A DNA stretch of 64,000 nucleotides, from assembly GCA_951406725.2 (NCBI GenBank), contig OX597818.1, forward strand, positions 132,556,001 through 132,620,000. The letters run 5' to 3'. This document shows positions 41,550-54,124 of the stretch, piece after piece. Below the pieces are notes generated by a model. The model did no database searches. It was given only the letters and a program-made list of their open reading frames with translations, and was not told the DNA's origin. This DNA is from Octopus vulgaris (Eukaryota). Both the position numbers and the translations under genes were made by a program. How positions within the stretch are numbered: the stretch's first letter is position 1; each line of letters opens with the position of its first letter.

Positions 41550-42020
41550 CCAAAAATAAGTCTAAATCTGTTTTAGTTCGATTTATGACACTATCTGTTG
41601 AATTATTCATGAAATAGTGCTTATAGTTCCTGATAGAGATATACACTTTTTTAGTGTAATAGTTTCTTCCTTATCTTCTATGTTAAGCTTTGTGGCGAAG
41701 TATTTGACCTCGTTATTTAGTGAATTTCATGTATTAATGTTTGTTTAATTAATTATTAGTGAAATTGTTTGATGGTAAATTACTACAATCTATATTAGTG
41801 CATTTCATATGCACTTTTTGTTTTGCTTATCTTGACAAATATCTTTTAATTTCCTGACTTACCCTTCACATTATTCGACATTTTCTGCTTGAAAGTGGTT
41901 GCTCACTTTCTTGAATTTTATTTCCTCGACTATTTTGAAAATATTCATCTCGAAAGATCCAAATAGTTTGTCACTCGGTGGCCTTTTACTAGTCCTAAAT
42001 CACGCTTGTTTTTGTTTTCT
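41550..42020 (-). pseudogene. second, more decayed PLE ORF fragment (region N-terminal to the RT core)
   Basis: FRTSKRPP..FEMNIFKIVEEIKFKKVSNHFQ and NNEVKYFATKLNIEDK parallel the plus-strand relic. Confidence 0.55.
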
Positions 42021-42035
42021 TATTTTTATTGAAAA

Positions 42036-42628
42036 CTAGCAGCATAGCCCGGCGTTGCCCGGGTATGTAAGAGCCCCTAGTAGGCAACGACTAATCCCAA
42101 TCTAGTCCTTTCCCTCTAGGGAACGAAGGCGCATGTGTAGGTTGCAATGTCTTCTCTTCACTCGAATACTTCTGTGTATACGATGTTTCTAGCTGTCCCT
42201 TTGGGCGATAAAAAGGTCGAGTTGCGTCCCCTAGACAGTCTGTGGTTTGTGTTTAATACACAAATCGGTTTGCTATGTGTGCCACATATGATTTAATTAA
42301 CCGATTTTTTCCAGTAATAAAGTATCCTATTGGAATAAAAAGAGCCATATAGCTCCTTGGAGCAGACATGATGCTCGCTGTGAATTTTTTAAAAAATTCC
42401 TGCCAATTTGTGAAAGATATTGTCGAAAATATGTCATCTTGAATTTGAACACGATTTCCTAAAATGGCATGATTTTATCGATTTTTCTGATGGTAAGGTA
42501 TTGCGTGGAAAACTAACGTCAGAATTAAGTTTCTTAGGGTAACATTAAGCTTCCCCATGAGTTTGGTGAAAATCGATTGCAACACAGACACACAGACAGA
42601 CAAACTGCCGTTTATATATAGAGAGAGA
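42036..42628 (-). mobile_element. non-autonomous Helitron
   Basis: 5' TCTCTCTCTATATATAAAC after A; 3' hairpin CCCGGGCAACGCCGGG plus CTAG before T. Confidence 0.8.
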
Positions 42629-42782
42629 TGAAGGACTTCAAGCGCTTTTATAAAACTAAGTCTCTGGTGCAATACATTATTTAAATGTTTGATTGTCGAT
42701 ATGCCCAAATAGTGGTGGTTACATTTATCAGTAGCTATACTTAATGTGCTAAGAGGCACCTTCTTGGTTAGAAGCGATCCAC

Positions 42783-43135
42783 TACTCTTTTTACTCTTTT
42801 TTACTTGTTTCAGTCACTTGACTATGGCCATGCTTGAGCACCGCCTTTAATCGAGCAACTCGACCCCGGAACTTATTCTTTTTGTAAGCCCAGTACTTAT
42901 TCTATCGGTCTTTTTTGCCGAACCGCTAAGTAACGGGGACATAAACACACCAGCATCGGTTGTCAAGCAATGCTAGGGGGACAAACACAGACACACAAAC
43001 ACACACACGCATATATATATATATATATATACATATATACGACGGGCTTCTTTTCAGTTTCCGTCTACCAAATCCACTCACAAGGCTTTGGTCGGCCCGA
43101 GGCTATAGTAGAAGACACTTGCCCAAGGTGCCACT
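42783..43135 (-). mobile_element. SINE family D, 5'-truncated
   Basis: Matches family D body and tail. Confidence 0.88.
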
Positions 43136-43450
43136 CACATCTTATTTTTTTATTGATAGCTGGATATTATATATTCATATTACAACTTCAGGTTTCAACT
43201 CCACAGGTCGGCTCGAAAGATCAAGTGGGGCAAGATTCAAGTCCCACTTTTATACATTAAAATATGATTTACTCTTTTATATTTAAAATGTAGTGGGGTC
43301 GATTCTTTCAACTAAAATTCTTCAAGGCGGTGCCCCACTATGTGAATATGAATGCGTGTGTGTGCGTATGTGTGTGTGTGTGTGTGTGCACGTGTGTGTG
43401 CGTTTGCGTATTGAAGCTGTCAGAGAAGGCAAAGATGCAATGGGGTATCG

Positions 43451-43490
<40 letters not shown>

Positions 43491-43632
43491 AGACAGAGAC
43501 AGAGACAGAGAGATGCAGATATGATGGGTCTCTTTTGCCGAAACGCTAAGTTACGGGAACGTAAACACACCACCATCGGTTGTCAAGCGATGTTGGGGGG
43601 ACAAACACAGACACACAGACACATACACACAC

Positions 43633-43708
<76 letters not shown>

Positions 43709-43746
43709 GTGTGTGTGTGTGTGTATGTATATATGTGTTTGTGTTT

Positions 43747-43806
<60 letters not shown>

Positions 43807-44021
43807 GTATGTCAGAAATGCTAGGAAGGTGCTAAAGGATGTAGAAATATAGTAGAGGTGTCAAAGGAAGCAGAAATTCACTGGAAATATTTATGAAAAA
43901 TCAGAAATGTGATACAGAATAATAAAAAGGCACAAAATGCTGAAGATGTATCAATGGAAGTGCCACGAAGTTACCAAAACGAGAAAAGAAAGAATTGCAA
44001 TGTAGATATTAATTTTAAAAT

Positions 44022-44411
44022 GGGAATGGAAGCACTCTGTCGGTTACGACGACGAGGGTTCCGGTTGATCCGAATCAACGGAACAGCCTGCTCGTGAAAT
44101 TAACGTGTAAGTGGCTGAGCACTCCACAGACACGTGTACCCTTAACGTAGTTCTCGGGGATATTCAGCGTGACACAGAGAGTGACAAGGCCGGCCCTTTG
44201 AAATACAGATACAACAGAAACAGGAAGTAAGAGTGAGAGAAAGTTGTGGTGAAAGAGTACAGCAGGGATCACCACCATCCCTGCCGGAGCCTCGTGGAGC
44301 TTTTAGGTGTTTTCGCTCAATAAACACTCACAACTCCCGGTCTGGGAATCGAAACCGCGATCCTACGACCGCGAGTCCGCTGCCCTAACCACTGGGCCAT
44401 TGCGCCTCCAC
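44022..44411 (-). mobile_element. SINE family A, full length
   Basis: TSD TAATTTTAAAAT. Confidence 0.95.
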
Positions 44412-44590
44412 TAATTTTAAAATAGGGTGGGTAGAAATGCAATGAAATCTGTTGGAAGAAGCAGAAATACAGTCAAATGAAATAAGTAGAAAACCAGCAA
44501 TGTCTCCAAAAACTGAGAACTGCCATTTATGTTATAAGATGCCTCGATACGGTATCGAAGGAAGTATATATTTCAATCGTGAACAAACTG

Positions 44591-44906
44591 GGCGTAGGAG
44601 TGGCTGTGTGGTACGTAGCTTGCTTACGAACCACATGGTTGCGGGTTCAGTCTCATTGCGTGGCACCTTGGGCAATTGTCTTCTACTATAGCCTCTGGCC
44701 GACCAAAACCTTGTGAGTGGATTTGATAGACGGAAACTGAAAGAAGCCCGTCATATATATGTATATCTATATATATATACACATATATATATATATACTT
44801 ATTCTATCGGTCTCTTTTGCCGAAACGCTAAGTTACGGGGACGTAAACACACCACCATCGGTTGTCAAGCGATGTTGGGGGGACAAACACAGACACACAG
44901 ATACAT

Positions 44907-44944
<38 letters not shown>

Positions 44945-44985
44945 GCGTGTGTGTGTGTATGTATATATGTGTTTGTGTTTCAACA

Positions 44986-45021
<36 letters not shown>

Positions 45022-45268
45022 TGTATGTATGTATGTATGTATGTATGTGTGTATGTGTTTGTGTGTCTGTGTTTGTCCCCCCAACATCGCTTGACAACCG
45101 ATGCTGGTGTGTTTACGTCCCCGTAACTTAGCGTTTCGGCAAAAGAGACCGATAGAATAAGTATTAGGCTTCCAAAGAATATGTCCTGGGGGCGATTTGC
45201 TCGACTAAAGGCGGTGCTCCAGCTTGGCCACAGTCAAAGGACTGAAACATGTAAAAGAGTAAAAGAGT
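44591..45268 (+). mobile_element. SINE family D containing an internal inverted duplication
   Basis: TSD AAACTG; 44797-44899 is the reverse complement of 45060-45163. Confidence 0.88.
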
Positions 45269-45449
45269 AAACTGTGACCCACGGGTCTTTCTGAATAATA
45301 CGTCTAATAAAAAATTATCTTGAATTTTTTTAGTTGTATAGCCCGCCTGATGGTGCGCTGTGTCTCACGTTGCTCTTCTCGGAAAAAGATTGCCCGTGCT
45401 TGATTTATACTGTTGAAACGTTAAAGAAGGTAAGGATATAATAGGGATA

Positions 45450-46330
45450 TCAAAGAAAGCAGACGTGCAGTGGGGGTGTCAAAGGAATGTCAGAGGAAGC
45501 AGACAAATAGTGGAGTTGCTAAAGGAAGTAGAAATGCAGTGGAGTTGTTAAAGGAAACGGAAATGCAGTGGAGTTGCCAAAAGTAGCAGAAATTCCAAAG
45601 GAAGCTGAAATGCAGTGGAATTGCTAAAAATACCAGAAACGCAGTGGAGTCGCTAAAATACCAGAAACGCAGTGGAGTTGCTAAAGGAAACAGAAATGCA
45701 GTGGAATTACTTACAGAAGTAGAAATGCAGTGGAGTTGCTAAAGGATGTAGAAGTGCAGTGAAGTTGTCAAAGGAAGCAGAAATGCAGTGGGATTGCTAA
45801 AGGAAGCAGAAATGCAGTGGAGTTGCCAAAGGAGACAGAAATGCGGTGGAATTGCTAAAGGATGTAGAAGTGCAGTGAAGTTGTCAAAGGAAGCAGAAAT
45901 GCAGTGGAGTTGTTAAAGGAAGCAGAAATGCAGTGGAGTTGCCAAAGAAGACAGAAATGCGGTGGAATTGCTAAAGGAAGCAGAAATGCAGTGGAGTTGT
46001 TAAAGGAAGCAGAAATGCAGGTGGGTTTGCTAAAGGAAGCAGAAATGCAGTGGAGTTGTTAAAGGAAGCAGAAATGCAGTGGGGTTGCTAAAGGAAGCAG
46101 AAATGCAGTGGAGTTGCCAAAGGAGACAGAAATGCGGTGGAATTGCTAAAGGAAGCAGAAATGCAGTGGGGTTGTTAAAGGAAGCAGAAATGCAGTGGAG
46201 TTGTTAAAGGAAGTAGAAATGCAGTGTAATTGCTAAAGGAAGCAGAAATGCAGTGGACTGGTTAAAGGAAGCAGAAATGCAGTGGAATTCCTGAAGGAAA
46301 CAGTGTTAAAAAATGAAAAAGTAGAAATCA
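45450..46330. repeat. 29-bp minisatellite GGAAGCAGAAATGCAGTGGAGTTGCTAAA, roughly 28-30 copies
   Basis: Direct tandem units, degenerate at the edges. Confidence 0.92.
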
Positions 46331-47516
46331 ACAGAGAAAGGTAGCAGAGATGCATTTGAGACTTTAAAAGGAAACAGAGATAAAGTGGAATTATCAAAAG
46401 GAAGCTAAATGTCAGTAGAAAAGTTAAAGGTAGGGAAATTTCAGAAAGTTCTAAAATGAGAAAGATAAAAAAAAAAAAACAGAATGGAATTAGTTTTTGG
46501 AAAGTGAAGAAAAAGGACGAAAAAGACGAATGAAATAAGATTTGAGAAGAGACGTGAAAAAAAGCCCCCAAAAATGTATGAGAATTCGAAAGGTAAAAAA
46601 GGAAGAAGTGCAGCAAAATGGATGAGGACTTATGAGGAAATGAAGTTGAAGAGGAAGAATAAAGTTGATGATGATGAGGATGATGATGATGATGATGATG
46701 ATGAGAAGGAGGAGGAGGAGGAGGAAGGGGAGGTGGAGGAGGCGGAGTGTGGCGGCGGCGGCGGCGGTGGTGGCGTGATAATGATGATGATGAGGAGGAG
46801 GAGGAGGTGGTGGTGGAGGAATGTGGTGACGGCGGTGGTGGTGATGATGATGATGATGGTAAGGAGGAAGACGACAGTTATGATGATGATGATGATGATG
46901 ATGATGTTAGTGGTGATGGTCATGATGGTGATGGGCAGTGTTGGTAAATATGATGGTTAGAGTGTAGTGATGTAGAGTGTAGTAGTAGTGCAAGTGATGG
47001 TGGAGTTGGTGGAGTTGGTGGTGATAATGATGATGATGACGATGACGACGACGACGATAATGATCGTGGGAGAAAGCCAGAAAAGAAGACGACTTTACCT
47101 TTCATCCTTTCTGAGTCGCTAAAATAGGTACCAGTTGAATACTGGAGTCAATGTAATCGACTCATCCCTTTCGCCGAAATTGCTGGCCTTGTGTCAAAAT
47201 TTAAAACCATTATTATTTCCTCTTTATCACAGGTTTTTTTGGAGCTCCTGGAGTCTTGCATGCGTATCGGGCTTACTACCTGCAGCCTACGGTACCATGC
47301 TATTAGTTCTTTTCAGCTATCTAATACTTTCCTGATTATTCTGGCCGTGCCAAGGAGGCAAACCGTTTGTAACAGTTCTACTGGACACTCTATTCCTGTT
47401 TCCTTTATATTCCTCTTGATGCCTTCTGATACTGTTCCCAAGGACCCACCAAAAATGGCGCTTCATTTTCCATAGCCGGGCTATTTCGTACTTAAGAGGG
47501 TTGTATCTATCTTTCC

Positions 47517-47753
47517 TATTTCTTTACTACCCACAAGGGGCTAAACACAGAGGGGACAAACAAGGACAGACAAACGGATTAAGTCGATTACATCGACCCC
47601 CAGTGCATTACTGGTACTTAATTTATCGACCCCGAAAGGGATGAAAGGCAAAGTCGACCTTGGCGGGATTTGAACTCAGAACGTAGCGGCAGACGAAATA
47701 CGGCTACGCATTTCACCCGGCGTGCTAACGTTTCTGCCAGCTCGCCGCCTTTT
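47517..47753 (-). mobile_element. SINE family C monomer inside the R4 endonuclease region
   Basis: TSD TATCTATCTTTCC. Confidence 0.92.
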
Positions 47754-48092
47754 TATCTATCTTTCCGCCTTCCTTTTTGACTATTCGTGGGTCAAAGGGG
47801 CATGCAACGTCTACTATATAGCATATGTGGTGCACCTTGTCCATCACCACTAAATCCGGCCTGTTATGCTCTAGCACCTGATCTGTTTGGATTGGGAAAT
47901 CCCAGAGGATTTTGCTAGACTCCGACTCTACCACTCACTGCGGTTTGTGCTCATACCAGACCTTGTCTCTCTCTAGCCCCCACTTTTCACACAGTTTCCA
48001 ATGTAGCACTTTCGCTACCTGGTCGTGTCGCCACGAGTTGTAGCGGTTCTGGTCAAGTCTAGGGCATTCATTCATTAGATGAGCAATGGTTT

Positions 48093-49013
48093 TATAACGG
48101 GTGTTGATGAAATATCATGATTATTGGTGTTGCAGATGTGCAAGATGAAAGAACAGTGATCGAAGTGGTAAACAAATATTTAGTACCGTTACTTTGTATA
48201 TAGCCAAACCACGACGAATTGATAATTCGTAAAGCATGCGAGGTAAAGAGAGATATCGTTGATTTTCCTTGTATAGTTTGTGTTTGTGTTCTCGTCATTG
48301 TGTAGTTGTAAATCACAGATAGAGATAGGATAATGTTGTAGAGAAGAGAAAGTGAGCTAGTGAAAGTGAGGGTGGTGGGACGAAACAACTGCTTCGTTAG
48401 TGAGTTACCATAGTTGTCTCTCTGTGCCTTTTCCTTCAGAGATGGCGTTCGTTTAGCCGGTCAACCGACACGGTTCTCACTTACTGACTTTGGCTTACGG
48501 TGTTCTTGTATTTATAACTATGCAAAACTAGCTAAAAAATGGTTATATTGCAGAGAACAAAAATATTCTCCACTGCATACAAGAGGTTAGAAGGGTCAAG
48601 TGGCAAAGACATAAATCGGCTTGGCAAAGCCATATGTTAAATTTAACGGATCTTTTCTTTTTGAAGGCCAGATTTTCCTAGTTAACTAAACAATTTGAAA
48701 CTTCGTATACTGGTAGAATGTGTCAAAAGAAAACATTATTGTAAACAAAATGGAAAACAAAATTGTAATTCGTAACTTAAACATAGTTTAATTTTAAGAA
48801 TTGTTTACAATAATGTTTTCTTTTGACACATTCTACCAGTATACGAAGTTTCAAATTGTTTAGTTAACTAGGAAAATCTGGCCTTCAAAATGAAAAGATC
48901 CAATTTAACTACTGTCAACCATTGTTTCTCTGTGAGAAAATGCTGTTGAAATATTATGGGAAATTTGCCTATTCAAGTTCGAATCTACTTTATGCCTAAA
49001 TGAAGTCACTACA
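48093..49013. mobile_element. probable solo LTR inserted in the R4 zinc finger
   Basis: Ends TATAAC...ACTACA (TG..CA-like) with 4-bp TSD GTTT; its removal restores the coding sequence DETIAH. Confidence 0.55.
48648..48901. mobile_element. MITE with 101-bp TIRs and 8-bp TSD (Merlin-like GG termini)
   Basis: Arms 48648-48748 and 48801-48901 nearly perfect; TSD AATTTAAC. Confidence 0.85.
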
Positions 49014-49829
49014 GTTTCATCCACTCTATTGCAGATGCGACACAGCGGAGAGACACTTGCTTATTCCTAAGATTCCAGTTTGTGACCAAAGCTTGGTCTT
49101 GTGCTGCCAGTATAGTGCTCTCGATCTCATTTTTTAGGGTTCCTTTCATTAGCCAATCCATGGAATTGATTATGTAGTCCCTTCTTGCGTAATTCTTCTT
49201 CATGTCCTTTTTGCACTTCTTCCCCCTCTTTTTTTTCTCTGCTTTCAATACTCTCTCGTTCCTAATTGTCACTAGCAAGGTTTCCTTATTTTGGGTCAGG
49301 TATCTCATTAAACGTACTCAGTCTTCCCCACTTATCAATCTCCTTCCTCCATTTGCTCTCTTCATGTATAGGCGACCACGTGGATGATGGGCTCCATGCA
49401 TTGTTAGGAGCTTTATTGACTTCTTGTCCATCTCCTTTAGCTCCTCCTCTGTCCACTTCGGGATTCCAGCGCCATACGGAACTACTGCGATTGCGTGCGA
49501 GTTTATTGCCGAAATTATGTTTCTGACATTCAGCTTTGAAGCCGATATTTTTCTCACTCGCGGCTGGTACTCTCTTTTTGTCTTTTCCTTTCATATAGCG
49601 GTGTTTGATTCCATCTGTCTCAAGTATTCTCTGGTATTTATAGCTGGATTGAGGTTGGATTGCTTTCATCATTTCACCACTAGGCAAACACATGCCCTCT
49701 GTTCTGGCAAGCCTTTCCTCGTCTCATCACCACCGAGGCACATTTTGAGACCCCAAACTCCATCTTAATATCATTTGAAAAAAATCCGCACAGACTGGAC
49801 CAGGCTGTCCAGTTCTGCTTCAGTTTTTG

Positions 49830-49923
<94 letters not shown>

Positions 49924-49996
49924 GGAGGAGGAGGAGGAGGATAATGATGATAATAATTACATCATGATAATAATGATAATAATAATAATAATAATG

Positions 49997-50027
<31 letters not shown>

Positions 50028-50307
50028 TAACAATAACAATTATCATCATCATCATCATTATCATCATCAATATTATTATTATGTCAATATTTACATCTAG
50101 GTCTGGTCTGATTGAATAGGCCTGCGATCATAATGTTTCCGATCTTGACCATCACGACTTTTTATATCAATGATTACATTGTCAATTATATATTTTCAAA
50201 GATATAAAGATGTGATTTGAGGGAAATTTGACTGCTCTTTCACGTGATAGTAGTGGTGGGGATAATGGTGGTTATAGATAGACGGAATGATACATAAACA
50301 AATAGAT

Positions 50308-50345
<38 letters not shown>

Positions 50346-50472
50346 GAGAGAGAGGGAGGGAAAACCAAGATCGAGAGCAAAGTGCTAAGCAAGAGAAAAG
50401 ATAGGGAGGAACAAGAAAGTAATGCGTAAGAGAGTAACAGGAAATATATAAAGAGAGTGAGACAAGAAGTTA

Positions 50473-50508
<36 letters not shown>

Positions 50509-51935
50509 GAAAAAGAAAGAATGAATGAAAGAAAGAAAGAAAGAAAGAAAGAAAGAGAAAAAGAAAGAATGAATGAAAGAAAGAAACAAAGAAAAGTAAA
50601 AGGGGAAACAGAGATGCAGAAAGTAGAATTGAGAAATAATTTAAGAGGAAAAGTTTGTGCGAGTCAGAGAGAGAGAGAGAGAGATGAGAGTGAAGGAGAA
50701 GAAAGGAAAGAGGGAGAGAGAGAGAGAGAGAAAGATGAGAGTGAAGGACAAGAAAGGAAAGAGGGAGAGAGAAAAAAGTAAGAGAGAGAATAAATGAATG
50801 TCAAAAGCAAAAAGAGAGAAAACTAGATAACGAAATTTAGTGAGAAAGTGAAAGTACGATAAAGGAGATTTTACAAAAAAAATGTTAAAGAAAATAGGTG
50901 ATGGTTAGAAGGTTTGGAGAAGGAGTAAAACGGAAGGAGAAGCTACAGAGAAGAGGAGAGGTATTTAAATAGAAAGGGAGGTAAGAAGGGAAACGGAGTG
51001 AGGACAAACAGGATGTAGGAGGAGTAGGCAAAAAGTTAGAACGGAGTATTTGACAGTTGGGTGGAGAAAGGGTGTTGGTTGTGGGAATGTTGAGTGCTCT
51101 GTTTTTCAAGACAATAAATAAATAAAAAAGGAAAAAGTATGCAAAATATAACAGGAAGGAATTGTGTGGAGGGGTTGAAGTAAGATAATGATGATGGGGT
51201 ATTCGATATGGGGCTGGTAATTATGGGTAGCAATGAATTCTGGGTAGACTCTCAAAAGAGACAAAGTGGGTGATAGGTGGGAGATGGGTAACGGTTTTGG
51301 GAATTGGTGACAGAGCAAGAGGAATACAGGTTAAAAATGTAAACAAAAATATCACGGTACCAAAACCCGAGGGAAATAAAAGAGAGGTAATCATGTTATT
51401 TAAGATCTCGATTGAACTGATGTATTTGCATGATAGACCAGTGTCATATGTAATTAGTCCCTAGACGAATAAAATTTTTCAATATGGTCTCAAGGATACA
51501 GATTTCTAACGAAAGGTTACAGAAGATTGAATTAACCCCCAATAGATCGCTAGTATTTCTGTTATCAACTGGGTGGGAAAGCAAAGGCTAAAAAATTTTT
51601 TTTAAACCCAACCTTAGTGAAATTTAAAATCGAAACACTGAGGGTCGTTAAGAAGATAATTTGTTGATTTTACCCCCTCGGTCGTCTTTTCACACTCAAA
51701 ACAAGTGTCACAAGGTCACAGACTTTAACTGACACTTATGTTAACAATGTCACGCAGATAAAAGGTAAAATAATTTTTTTTTTTTAAATCGATCATAGAA
51801 GGATTTGAACTCAGAAAGTAAAATGCTGTACTGACCAAATATTCCAATGCATTCCTTCAGTGCTCTACTCATTCTACTATACGATACATTGCATTTATTT
51901 TACAATATCTCTTTCGGATTTCTCAAAGATTAACA

Positions 51936-52169
51936 CCTATTTCTTTATTACCCACAAGGGGCTAAACATAGAGGAGACAAACAAGGACAGACATAGGTAT
52001 TATGTCGATTACATCGACCCCAGTGCGTAACTGGTACTTAATTTATCGACCCCGAAAGAATGAAAGGCAAAGTCGACCTCGGCGGAATTCGAACTCACAA
52101 CGTAACAGCAGACGAAGTACCGCAAAGCATTTCGCCCGGTGTGCTAACGCTTCTGCTAGCTCGCCGCCT
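51936..52169 (-). mobile_element. SINE family C monomer
   Basis: Complete head, core and tail; no clear TSD. Confidence 0.88.
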
Positions 52170-52235
<66 letters not shown>

Positions 52236-52341
52236 ACAAAACACACATCCATAGCTTATCAAGATGAAGCAATAATAGTTTTCCTGATTTTCATATTTGT
52301 TAATTGGCTACTTATTTAATTAAGCTTCGCATATTTATACA

Positions 52342-52558
52342 CGAGGGGTTGCCGTAAATTTCCTGGCTTTGGGTAAAAGAAAATACAGGAGGATCTGTTA
52401 ATTATGATTTTATTAAACATATTCCCCTCTCAGATTCACACACCTATTGCAGTGGTCCTTCAGGTTTTCTGAACCCTATAAAAGAACTCGGAAGGTTGGG
52501 CCTCCAATCAGGCCTTCCACGACGTCCTTAAAGCCAGGAACTTTTCAGTACCCTCTCG
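52342..52558. mobile_element. mariner-derived MITE
   Basis: TIRs CGAGGGGTTGCCGTAAATTTCCTGGCTTT / AAAGCCAGGAACTTTTCAGTACCCTCTCG, TA-type flank. Confidence 0.7.
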
Positions 52559-52729
52559 TATAATACAACATCAGTCTCAATTCCTGAAACTAATACAATG
52601 CAGGTAAATGCAGGTAAATATATACGTATCTACTTTACATATAGCCGAGGAATGTGAAATCTTCGATTGTTCTAAGTCAGCAAAACCATTGGTCCGAACG
52701 ATTGTCAATCCATTACCTTAAATTAATGT

Positions 52730-53118
52730 GGAATGGAAGCACTCCGTCGGTTACGACGACGAGGGTTCCGGTTGATCCGAATCAACGGAACAGCCTGCTC
52801 GTGAAATTAACGTGTAAGTGGCTGAGCACTCCACAGACACGTGTACCCTTAACGTAGTTCTCGGGGATATTCAGCGTGACACAGAGAGTGACAAGGCCGG
52901 CCCTTTGAAATACAGGTACAACAGAAACAGGAAGTAAGAGTGAGAGAAAGTTGTGGTGAAAGAGTACAGCAGGGATCACCACCATCCCCTGCCGGAGCCT
53001 CGTGGAGCTTTAGGTGTTTTCGCTCAATAAATACTCACAACGCCCGGTCTGGGAATCGAAACCGCGATCCTATGACCGCGAGTCCGCTGCCCTAACCACT
53101 GGGCCATTGCGCCTCCTG
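52730..53118 (-). mobile_element. SINE family A, full length
   Basis: TSD AATTAATGT. Confidence 0.95.
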
Positions 53119-53189
53119 AATTAATGTACATGTAAACCAACTCATAACCACTTTCTTCAGAGCTCTAGCATTGTCTATGGAAACGAGCG

Positions 53190-53560
53190 ATAGTGTACTA
53201 TAAGGACATGCAGTTCAACTAATGAATTCAAAACATTATCGATAATGATCCGGAAAAATCAATGATAATCATCACCAAAGAACTTCAAGTTTCGGAGTGG
53301 ACTATCAGAACTGCGGTGCACAAGGGCATTCGGTAGAAATCGTGCGAACTGAACAGAGGTCAGTTAATGTATGAAAAGACACAGGAAAGCCGCTTGATCA
53401 GTATCAAGCAGTTACTTAACATGTCTAATATCCTTTAAGAACATGACATGCTTTGATTCTTCTCCGATGTGGAAAACTTCGACCAAGACCAAAGGTCATA
53501 TAGGAGAAATGACTGATGGTAATGTTTAGTTTATCCTGATGTCCCTAGAATGATGCACAG
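53190..53560 (+). pseudogene. Tc1/maT-like transposase fragment
   Basis: IIDNDPEKSM..KELQVSEWTIR (HTH) and FFSDVENFDQDQ..RRNDxW (first catalytic D region). Confidence 0.7.
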
Positions 53561-54124
53561 TAAGTATTGTAGGGAATTAATAATAATGATACACCCCTCC
53601 CACGTGACGAATGGAAAGTAAAGAGAAGTACATGAAGTACGGGAGAACGTAGGAGGCGGTCAGAGACAGTCGTGACTTTACTGGTTTTACTAAGTATACT
53701 GTATACTGAAGTGGGTGTTATAATGATCCGACATTTTAAGGATTACAACAGTAAGTCTCAAGCAATTGTAATGGTTGTACAAATACAGAATCATAGACAC
53801 ATGCACAAGGCAAGATATCTTAAGGCTTCTAACGCGACTCTCTACTAGTCGTTCATATAATAATCCTGAATCATGTTGTGAAAAAGTCGTGTCTTTACCG
53901 GTAGTGACATCACTATTATAAATGAAAAAAACGTGGAAATAAGTCGAAGTTAATTAAATCTAAAAAGGTAGCACATGGTGGTACGGGAAAAAGATTATAT
54001 TTTTTCGGTGAATTCGTATGTAGTGCAATATTTCAAGAACAAACGAAAAAGACAAAGATGTATGTATCAAAAGAATCACTTGGCACAGAATGGATTGAAA
54101 TATAGATTGAAATGTGTGGAAATA

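Larger units (their letters stand above)
47223..49831 (-). mobile_element. 5'-truncated R4/Dong-type LINE (RT C-terminal half, CCHC finger, restriction-like endonuclease) with nested insertions
   Basis: ELDSLVQSVRIFSNDIKMEFGVSKC, ESTILAAQDQAL, RHDQVA, ILWDFPIQTDQVLEHNRPDLVVMDK..VDVACP, LLGTARIIRKVL-stop at about 47312. Confidence 0.88.

Noticed and set aside
45450-46330. 29-bp repeats as a CRISPR array or coding repeat
   Set aside because: No unique spacers, eukaryotic context, unit length not a multiple of three
49831-49900. (TAA)n as the site-specific target of the R4/Dong element
   Set aside because: The repeats at the two flanks are in opposite orientation relative to the element, so no TSD can be shown
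53566-53920. Possible solo LTR beginning TGTAGGG
   Set aside because: No matching CA end or TSD identified
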